In this document: positions 1-6,200 of the stretch, piece after piece
Layout of the letters: each line of letters begins with the position of its first letter
Position numbering within the stretch: the stretch's first letter is position 1
Source: an archaeon
GTDB taxonomy: Archaea; Asgardarchaeota; Thorarchaeia; Thorarchaeales; Thorarchaeaceae
Length of the DNA: 32,000 nucleotides
Direction of reading: 5' to 3'
NCBI GenBank assembly: GCA_024275415.1
Contig: JAJRZD010000034.1
Span: 30,001 to 62,000, forward strand
Position numbers and translations under genes: made by a program
The notes under the pieces: generated by a model
What the model saw: the letters and a program-made list of their open reading frames with translations, nothing else
The model's database searches: none
Told to the model about the DNA's origin: nothing

Positions 1-154
1 GCACCCAAGTGCTAGAAATCTCAGATATGTGGATGAATCCCTCCTTGTTCCCATATTCTGGGAGTACTACATATGCTCCATAGGGTGCGACTTTGGTAGC
101 TACGGCTACTGCATACTCGTCTGGAGTAGGCCATTTTGCACGCTTTCTGACCAT
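1..154 (-). CDS. eif2a: Translation initiation factor 2 alpha subunit (aIF2alpha), N-terminal S1 domain; runs off the left edge
   Basis: Manual translation from ATG at 154: MVRKRAKWPTPDEYAVAVATKVAPYGAYVVLPEYGNKEGFIHISEISSTWV. Matches the aIF2alpha S1 signature (YGAYV..EY..KEGFIHISEI...WV). GGAAGGTGA SD-like site upstream; canonical position after rps27e. Not in the supplied ORF track. Confidence 0.95.
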   Translation of the reverse strand, partial: MVRKRAKWPTPDEYAVAVATKVAPYGAYVVLPEYGNKEGFIHISEISSTWV

Positions 155-196
155 CGATATCACCTTCCTTGAGAACCTTGTCCGAGCATCCTTGTC

Positions 197-397
197 CTAT
201 GGAAGAACCTCGATTTCTCGCGCTATTGGCTCAAGCTTTGCTTTACCCCCGCTTGGTTTTGCAAGGGTCCTTCCACATTTCAGACAGGTTACTTCTGTGG
301 TCGCATGTCCGAATATGATTTGCTCATGCTCACATTCCAGGCATTTCACCTTCAGGAATCGTGATTTTGGCATCTGAACTATGTCACGTTTGGGCAA
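197..397 (-). CDS. rps27e: 30S ribosomal protein S27e
   Basis: MPKSRFLKVKC..C...Q.IF.HA...V.C..CG..LA.P.GGKAK zinc-finger signature; TTG start; operon context. Confidence 0.97.
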   Translation of the reverse strand: MPKRDIVQMPKSRFLKVKCLECEHEQIIFGHATTEVTCLKCGRTLAKPSGGKAKLEPIAREIEVLP

Positions 398-569
398 TTA
401 TGTTCACCGCTGTATCTTGAAGTTTCACTACCACCCTGTGAGGCGGAAAATCACCCACCAAGGGCTTCTTTCCGTCGGGGTTAAGTATCATTATAACTCT
501 ATCGACATACCACTTGTGATTCCCGTTAGAGTTAGTTTGTATCAAATGCAACCCGTGACTTTCTGTCAT
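384..569 (-). CDS. Possible 61-aa hypothetical protein between rpl44e and rps27e
   Basis: ATG at 569 overlaps the rpl44e stop (ATGA); the frame ends 14 nt inside rps27e. No recognisable family. Confidence 0.25.
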   Translation of the reverse strand: MTESHGLHLIQTNSNGNHKWYVDRVIMILNPDGKKPLVGDFPPHRVVVKLQDTAVNIIAQT

Positions 570-847
570 CCACGCGCAACTTCGACCTTCTTGAGCCTCA
601 TGCCTTTGCCCTGAACGATATGTCCGCACTCAGTACACTTGTACTTTAACATCGTCTTCTTGGTCGTCTTGGCAAATCGCTTCTGGATCGGCTTCGGGAA
701 CGACCCGTACCCTCTCGTCTTTCTCTCCATCCGCCTCTTTCCTTCAGCCATACTCCTCTCCTTCCCTTTTTTGTAGACCGAAATTTGATGTACCTGATGT
801 GACTTACATCTTGGGCAATACTTCCGAAGCTGATTTACCATTTTCAT
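566..847 (-). CDS. rpl44e: 50S ribosomal protein L44e
   Basis: From ATG 847: MKMVNQLRKYCPRCKSHQVH...YKKGKER...GKRR..RK..GYG..PKP...AKTTKK..LK.KC..CG, 93 aa. The upstream part of the 566..1093 ORF is probably not coding. Confidence 0.96.
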   Translation of the reverse strand: MKMVNQLRKYCPRCKSHQVHQISVYKKGKERSMAEGKRRMERKTRGYGSFPKPIQKRFAKTTKKTMLKYKCTECGHIVQGKGMRLKKVEVARG

Positions 848-1050
848 AATCTTCACCGATTCCAAGGAGATATATGTTGATGGTGACGCGCTAGGACACT
901 TCTTAACCTTATCGCTTTGGCAACAGTGCTCGATATCATGTTGTTTCTGGCCTTGCTCAAGCTCATGGTTACAGTGGGATGATCTGGCATTGCCGGATGA
1001 TGGATGTTGAACATTGCCGTTTATTGTATGTTGTACAACCTTTGACACCC

Positions 1051-1110
1051 GAGTGTTGCACTCCCAGATAACGGCACTGGGTGGAATCTGCAAGGCCGTT
1101 TGTGTGTCAT
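1051..1110. repeat. Dispersed diverged repeat, copy A (core 1051-1081), with CCCAG-N9-CTGGG hairpin
   Basis: GAGTGTTGCACTCCCAGATAACGGCACTGGG matches 29847-29877 at 28/31 nt, with patchy similarity out to a TGTCAT hexamer. Confidence 0.75.
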
Positions 1111-1491
1111 GTCGTCTTCATACTCCTGTGAGAGTGGTAGAGTATATACGCCCCAAAAATTACTTCAAGTGTCCAATCTAAAGGATGTCTAAGTTCGCGT
1201 AAGTTTGTGCAGCTGTTTGCAATCCTCGATCCCACAGTTGTATCTTGGAAGCATTCCATCAAGGAACAGCTAATGTGTGGGCAATGTTCTGTTGCTGCGC
1301 ATATATCCATCTGGAGCAATTGTGACTATTCGGTTGTACACTTCTGTGAATTCTCAAAACGAATCGTTTGGTTCCCATTTTATTTGCCTTTTAGGCCAGA
1401 CAAATCGCGTTCGCTGTATCGTACATCTTGGATAACATGTTCCGACTTGTATGTTCCCTATCCTGTAAGGAGCAGTTCTCATTTCTCAACA

Positions 1492-1686
1492 TTATGCTCC
1501 CGTCGCAAAGACATGCGCCAGAATTGTCACAGCCACAAGTATAGATGAAAAGATGATAACGAGGGTAGGACCCACCTTTATCCCAGGTGTTTCATCTTCG
1601 AAGAACCGAATAAGACCTGCCCCGCCGCTTGGCATGCCAGCTCCACCGTCTCGTTTCCTCTTCCGTTTGCTTCCAGTCTTGGGCAT
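1492..1686 (-). CDS. secG: Preprotein translocase subunit Sec61beta
   Basis: From ATG 1686: basic N-terminus, MPSGGAGLIRFFEDE..GIKV.P motif and a single C-terminal TM helix; 64 aa. Confidence 0.92.
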   Translation of the reverse strand: MPKTGSKRKRKRDGGAGMPSGGAGLIRFFEDETPGIKVGPTLVIIFSSILVAVTILAHVFATGA

Positions 1687-1750
1687 AGTTATTGCCTCCT
1701 TAGGCAGGAGTGTCCAGCAGGGTTTGACATTTAATCCTTTTGACGGGACA

Positions 1751-2053
1751 TCAAATCTCACAAGTACAAGGAATCATCCCACACTTTGAACAAGCATTTT
1801 GATACTTGCGGGTCAAAGAGTCGCCAATATCAACGTCCATCAGGTTAGCAATAGAGCACAGCCATGCAAACACATCAGCAACTTCTTCTTCTATCGCTTC
1901 AGGTTCCCCTCTGGTTACTGCCTCACTTAGCTCTGCCAGCTCTTCAAAAGTGCGCAGGATGGCGATTGAAACGCCCCGTTTCTTATCTCTCTCAAGATAA
2001 ATACGGCGCATCAAGTCTTGAGCATCCTTCGTGTCCATCCTGCACACACTCAC
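1751..2053 (-). CDS. MazG-like NTP pyrophosphohydrolase
   Basis: EExxELxEA...EEExADVFAWLxSxAN motif and C-terminal CxxC..PCxC typical of small archaeal MazG-family proteins; start may be a later ATG. Confidence 0.85.
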   Translation of the reverse strand: MSVCRMDTKDAQDLMRRIYLERDKKRGVSIAILRTFEELAELSEAVTRGEPEAIEEEVADVFAWLCSIANLMDVDIGDSLTRKYQNACSKCGMIPCTCEI

Positions 2054-2076
2054 TTGTAATCCCTATGGTGCGCTGA

Positions 2077-3399
2077 TCACCTGAATCTCAGATGTGCATA
2101 GGCGTCAGTTTCATTATCAAAAGCATAATGCACTTTTTGATAATCCCTCTTGAACTGTGCAACATCTGCAGCAACTTTCTTGACATCTTCCTCCTTCATG
2201 ACTACGCGATGAATAAACTCGGCGATAGCATCCATCTCTGACTCTTTCATGCCAAGTCTTGTGGTTTCGCTGGTTCCCAAACGTATCCCACCAGGTGTCT
2301 TGTAATCTCTACCCCGTTTTTTGTCCCAAGGCAAGAGATTTCGGTTGATAATAATGTTCGCGTCTTCCAATGTCTGTTCAACAACACTCCCGTCTTTCAA
2401 AGGGGTTTCGGTGATATCGACAAGGATTGTGTGTGATTCTGTGAAACCCTTGTGCTCCGCTATGACATGGAAGCCTCTTTCGTGGAGTGCCTGTGCCAAT
2501 GCCTTGCTGTTCTTGAGTATCTGTCCTGTGTAGTCTTTTCCGAATTCCATCATTTCTGCGAAAGCAACTGCAAGGCCTGCAACATTATGCAAGTGGTGAT
2601 TGCTCATCATGCCGGGGAATGCTGCCCGTTTGATTTTATCAGCGAATTCTGAACGTGACAACACCACTCCGTGTTGTGGGCCGAACAATGTCTTATGTGT
2701 GCTAAGCGTGACCATATCTGCCCCTTCTCTCAAGGGGTCCTGAAACCGTCCTGAAGCAATCAGACCAGAAACATGGGCAGAGTCGTATCCTATCGTCATC
2801 CCATACTCGTCAGCGATCTCCCTGAACTCCTTTACAGGATGCGGGAATGGGAATACGCTCCCTCCGAAAAGCAGGAATTTGACCTCGTCGCCCTTTTCTT
2901 GAAGTTTGCGGATCTTCCCAATGCTTGCATCTACATCGATATTGAACTCCTTCTCATCAAAGACCCAGTTCTGTACCTTGTGTCCCCGTATCTGTCCTGC
3001 AGTCCCACCAAGGTTCGCTCTGGCATGGGAGATGTGCCCTCCGTGTGCGATAGAGAGTGCCATCATCCGCTCTCCAGGGGCCATCGCGGCTGAGTACATC
3101 ATGAGATTGGCAACAACGCCTGAAATAGGTCTGACATCTGCAAACTCTGCCTTGTAGAGCTTCTTGGCAAGTTTCATACAGATTATCTCTACCTCATCTA
3201 TGTACTTGCATCCAGCGTAGACTCTCTCCCCAGGCCAGCCTTCTGCATAACGATCCCTGAAGTCGCTGACAATCGCAGACCTCACAGCTGGTGACGATAC
3301 ATTCTCTGATGCAATGAGATTGATGGTCTTACTCATCCAATCATCATGGCGTTCAAGTAGCGTGAAGATCTCATCGTAAACTTTCTTATGCTCGCTCAA
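2077..3399 (-). CDS. glyA: Serine hydroxymethyltransferase, archaeal type
   Basis: INLIASEN, RYAEG, GCKYIDEVE, GGHISH, DSAHVSGLIA, STHKTLFGPQ (PLP lysine), GIRLGT. Confidence 0.97.
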   Translation of the reverse strand: MSEHKKVYDEIFTLLERHDDWMSKTINLIASENVSSPAVRSAIVSDFRDRYAEGWPGERVYAGCKYIDEVEIICMKLAKKLYKAEFADVRPISGVVANLMMYSAAMAPGERMMALSIAHGGHISHARANLGGTAGQIRGHKVQNWVFDEKEFNIDVDASIGKIRKLQEKGDEVKFLLFGGSVFPFPHPVKEFREIADEYGMTIGYDSAHVSGLIASGRFQDPLREGADMVTLSTHKTLFGPQHGVVLSRSEFADKIKRAAFPGMMSNHHLHNVAGLAVAFAEMMEFGKDYTGQILKNSKALAQALHERGFHVIAEHKGFTESHTILVDITETPLKDGSVVEQTLEDANIIINRNLLPWDKKRGRDYKTPGGIRLGTSETTRLGMKESEMDAIAEFIHRVVMKEEDVKKVAADVAQFKRDYQKVHYAFDNETDAYAHLRFR

Positions 3400-3524
3400 A
3401 TCATGGGCCTCCTTTTGTACCCAGAGGATGTTCGCGATTGGAACTGCCTTCGTTATATGACTTGCGACCTAGCCCTGTGAAATCTCGTCTTCTATGGCAC
3501 ACTCACATTGTGGTGCTGTACGAT

Positions 3525-3842
3525 TTAATCAGAGCTGTTCGCTGACTGAATCTCTACAGAAAGAGCCGCGCCACACTCCATGCATCTCAAGACCATTACC
3601 ATCGGTGGGAGTTCTATCAATGCCTGCATAGTGCGAAGCATCATCCCATGCATACTTTTTGCCATTCCTGCTGCCATTCTCATCATCCCGCCAAACATTC
3701 CCCCTTGGGCGTCAGCGCGTTTCTGAGTGCGTTCCAGCTCGTCCGAGTATATCTTCACTATATCTGGATCAACGCGTTCCACGAACTGAGCTGTCATTTC
3801 GATTCTCAATCTCTCATTGCAGTATGGACATTTTGTATACAT
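3525..3842 (-). CDS. Hypothetical split zinc-ribbon protein with Met/Gly-rich insert
   Basis: CPYC near the N-terminus and CMEC near the C-terminus; 14 Met in 105 aa. ATG 3842 preferred over GTG 3857. Confidence 0.7.
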   Translation of the reverse strand: MYTKCPYCNERLRIEMTAQFVERVDPDIVKIYSDELERTQKRADAQGGMFGGMMRMAAGMAKSMHGMMLRTMQALIELPPMVMVLRCMECGAALSVEIQSANSSD

Positions 3843-3931
3843 AACCTTCCACTCCACTGAGAGGTTGAATTTGAAACGATATATATTCTCACTACTGCCC
3901 GCAATGCCATTCTAGCTCCCACCACAATCTC

Positions 3932-3937
3932 TATAAA
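3932..3937 (+). promoter_or_regulatory. Putative TATA box for tRNA-Lys
   Basis: TATAAA 27-32 nt upstream of the tRNA 5' end at 3964. Confidence 0.5.
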
Positions 3938-3963
3938 CTGTTGATGCTCACTTCGCCGAACGT

Positions 3964-4129
3964 GGGCCAGTGGCTAAGCCAGGTATAGCGACAGGACGTT
4001 CGGAACCCCTCCGGCGTGTTGAAGCTCTTAACTTGTAGAGTCTGGGATTCCCCCTGGCTCGAGGAATGGTCGAGGGTTCTTCGCTATTGATTTCCAGTAG
4101 CAAGCCCAAAAATCCCTCCTGGCCCGCCA
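3964..4129 (+). tRNA. tRNA-Lys(CTT) with three introns (30/31: 3995-4023; 43/44: 4037-4066; 56/57: 4080-4109); CCA encoded
   Basis: Exons 3964-3994, 4024-4036, 4067-4079, 4110-4129 join to GGGCCAGTGGCTAAGCCAGGTATAGCGACAGGCTCTTAACTTGTTGGTCGAGGGTTCAAATCCCTCCTGGCCCGCCA. Cloverleaf: acceptor GGGCCAG/CTGGCCC, D-stem GCTA/TAGC, anticodon stem ACAGG/CTTGT, loop CT-CTT-AA, T-stem GAGGG/CCCTC, loop TTCAAAT. Each intron folds into a BHB-like junction. Confidence 0.93.
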
Positions 4130-4221
4130 TCTTATATTTTCCGTTCATTCAGTGTCAGGTATTCGTAATTCGCACACTCGCAACAGCATATTGACTGGTT
4201 AGCTTGCACACCTGCATTAGC

Positions 4222-4839
4222 TTATACATATCGCTTCTTTCTTTTCATCTCGTGATATTCTTTCTCACCAATCACCGAAACAAACATCTCATTGATTGTC
4301 AGGAATTCGGCAAGATATGTAGGATTTTGTATTCTCAAGTATATTTCCTGATTATCAGACCTGAATCCAATTATTTCAAAGGCCCTCTGAAAAGGTCTCG
4401 GATAGTGGATGAATGCAGTGAGAGCAGAAACAGTACCTGCGACCAGAATCAGTCCGAATAGGTTCAATAGAACATCACCACCATAGTAAATCGCATTTGT
4501 TGTACCATAAAGGAGGAACAAAATCGGGGCAATTGATATGACACTCATTAGGAACCAGAATGTTTTGAACGCGTCTCGTATCTCCTTGTGTTTGTGCAAC
4601 TCACAAGTAGGCACTCTAATGATCCGTTTCGTCCCTGAAGATGATGTGTAGTTATGATGCCTGTATCTCCCTGCAATACTAGGAATCTTGACGAGCATTC
4701 CACTAGATGGTGATACATCAAGGAAGGTGTTATCGTTCAGAGTCATTGTTGTGACATCATCAGCTACCTGTGTGCAGACTGGGCAAATCTCTGGAAATTT
4801 GACCTTACCAATCATCACTTTCATTATGCTTTTTGTCAT
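4222..4839 (-). CDS. Hypothetical membrane protein with putative Zn-binding motif (PEICPVC...VPTCELH) and two TM helices
   Basis: 205-aa ORF, GGAGGTGA SD upstream, two hydrophobic segments. Confidence 0.75.
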   Translation of the reverse strand: MTKSIMKVMIGKVKFPEICPVCTQVADDVTTMTLNDNTFLDVSPSSGMLVKIPSIAGRYRHHNYTSSSGTKRIIRVPTCELHKHKEIRDAFKTFWFLMSVISIAPILFLLYGTTNAIYYGGDVLLNLFGLILVAGTVSALTAFIHYPRPFQRAFEIIGFRSDNQEIYLRIQNPTYLAEFLTINEMFVSVIGEKEYHEMKRKKRYV

Positions 4840-5037
4840 TCATATCACCTCCATTACTCTTCATTAACACAATCGAATTAGTTCGTTCGTAGTCATCAAT
4901 GGCACGAAATGAGATTAAACATTTGAAACACACCAAGTCATAATCTATGATGGCGTCATGTCACTTCATCAATATCTTGCATTACATGTGAGAAAGGAAG
5001 CCACTCGAAGTCTGCTCATAGAGGAACACTTATGTGA

Positions 5038-5081
5038 TAAGTTAGTCCCATCTAACTTAGTAATGTTAGAACCGTCTAACA
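5038..5081. promoter_or_regulatory. Two tandem GTTAG-N6-CTAAC palindromes; putative DtxR/MntR-family operator for FTR1
   Basis: TAAGTTAG-tcccat-CTAACTTA (5038-5059) and TGTTAG-aaccgt-CTAACA (5064-5081), centres 24 bp apart, directly upstream of the iron permease. Confidence 0.65.
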
Positions 5082-5115
5082 ATACGGATTGGATTAACTA
5101 GTGAGGTTTGCACTA

Positions 5116-6009
5116 TTGATAATTGCTCCTACGATAATTTCTCTGAGAGAAGGGATTGAAGCCGCCCTTATCATCGCGATAATGTTGTCCTATCTGCGCA
5201 AGTCGAAGCAGATGCATTTACGACGATACGTTACCGGAGGCGCGGTACTTGCAACCCTATCAAGCATCGGAATCGCCATCATCATGGCGTTCGTCTGGAA
5301 TCTTTTTGAAGGTCCGCCCCTTGCCGTATTCGAAGGCACCGTGGTTCTGATTGCAGCATTTCTCCTCACCACTATGATTGTCTGGATGTGGGGTGCAGGT
5401 TCTAACATCGCAGAGGAAATTGAATCGGCTGTTAAAAAAGAGGTCGATACACGCCGTGGGTTTGGTCTGGGACTAATTAGCTTCGCTCTCATCCTGCGCG
5501 AGGGCGTTGAGCTTGTGCTGTTCACCATTGCCCTTGCAGTTCAAGATGCATCTCAAACATATGCTGGAGTAGCCTTGGGCCTTGTTCTAGCCTTAGTTAT
5601 GGGCATCGGAATATACAAGGGTTCCTTACGAATACGCCTCCGAACTTTCTTTAACTGGACCTCCGTCTTCCTTATCCTGTTCGCAGCCGGGATGATTGCC
5701 TACGGAATACATGAATTACAAGAAGCGGGGTTATTGTTGATTGGTCCCCTCGAAGTCTGGAATATTAACCCTCCACTTCTGCAGGATGGAAGCTATCCTC
5801 TTTTCCATGAGAATGGACTGATTGGTGGAATGTTGAAGGCATTATTCGGATTTAACGGGAACCCATCGGCTCTCGAGGTCGTCGCATATGTGTCTTATAT
5901 CGCATTCATCTCTATCTTCTATCTTTGGAAGAGAAAAGTGCGTGTATTGGATATGCATGAATCGACCTTTACTGAACCTGAGATCCCTCTTGACACAGCC
6001 ACTCACTGA
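5116..6009 (+). CDS. ftr1: FTR1-family iron permease
   Basis: Two REGxE motifs (REGIE, REGVE), multiple TM helices, AAGMIAYGIHELQEAG. TTG 5116 chosen because of GAGGT upstream; GTG 5101 is the alternative. Confidence 0.93.
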   Translation: MIIAPTIISLREGIEAALIIAIMLSYLRKSKQMHLRRYVTGGAVLATLSSIGIAIIMAFVWNLFEGPPLAVFEGTVVLIAAFLLTTMIVWMWGAGSNIAEEIESAVKKEVDTRRGFGLGLISFALILREGVELVLFTIALAVQDASQTYAGVALGLVLALVMGIGIYKGSLRIRLRTFFNWTSVFLILFAAGMIAYGIHELQEAGLLLIGPLEVWNINPPLLQDGSYPLFHENGLIGGMLKALFGFNGNPSALEVVAYVSYIAFISIFYLWKRKVRVLDMHESTFTEPEIPLDTATH

Positions 6010-6031
6010 GTAACGTCTTGGTTGTTGCACC

Positions 6032-6068
6032 AGACGATTGAGTTCCTCTGAATATGAGGAACTCGTCT
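6032..6068 (+). terminator. Strong stem-loop downstream of FTR1 (terminator or 3'UTR structure)
   Basis: GAGTTCCTC-tgaatat-GAGGAACTC, 9 perfect bp (6040-6064), extendable by AGAC/GTCT. Confidence 0.4.
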
Positions 6069-6200
6069 CTTAACATGCAGAGAGTCAAACACTTACAGCA
6101 ACTTGGAAAGTATATATGTCTAGGTGTATATGTTCTTGGACATAGCATGGATTTCCTGTTTCAAGGTAATTCTTGACAACGCATCATCAGAGGTTTGCGG

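Noticed and set aside
566-1093. Long N-terminal extension on L44e (175-aa ORF)
   Set aside because: The extension has atypical composition and no SD; the L44e family starts at MKMVNQLRKYCP (ATG 847). Treated as a chance open frame.
3948-4148. 66-aa minus-strand ORF
   Set aside because: It is antisense to the intron-containing tRNA-Lys gene.
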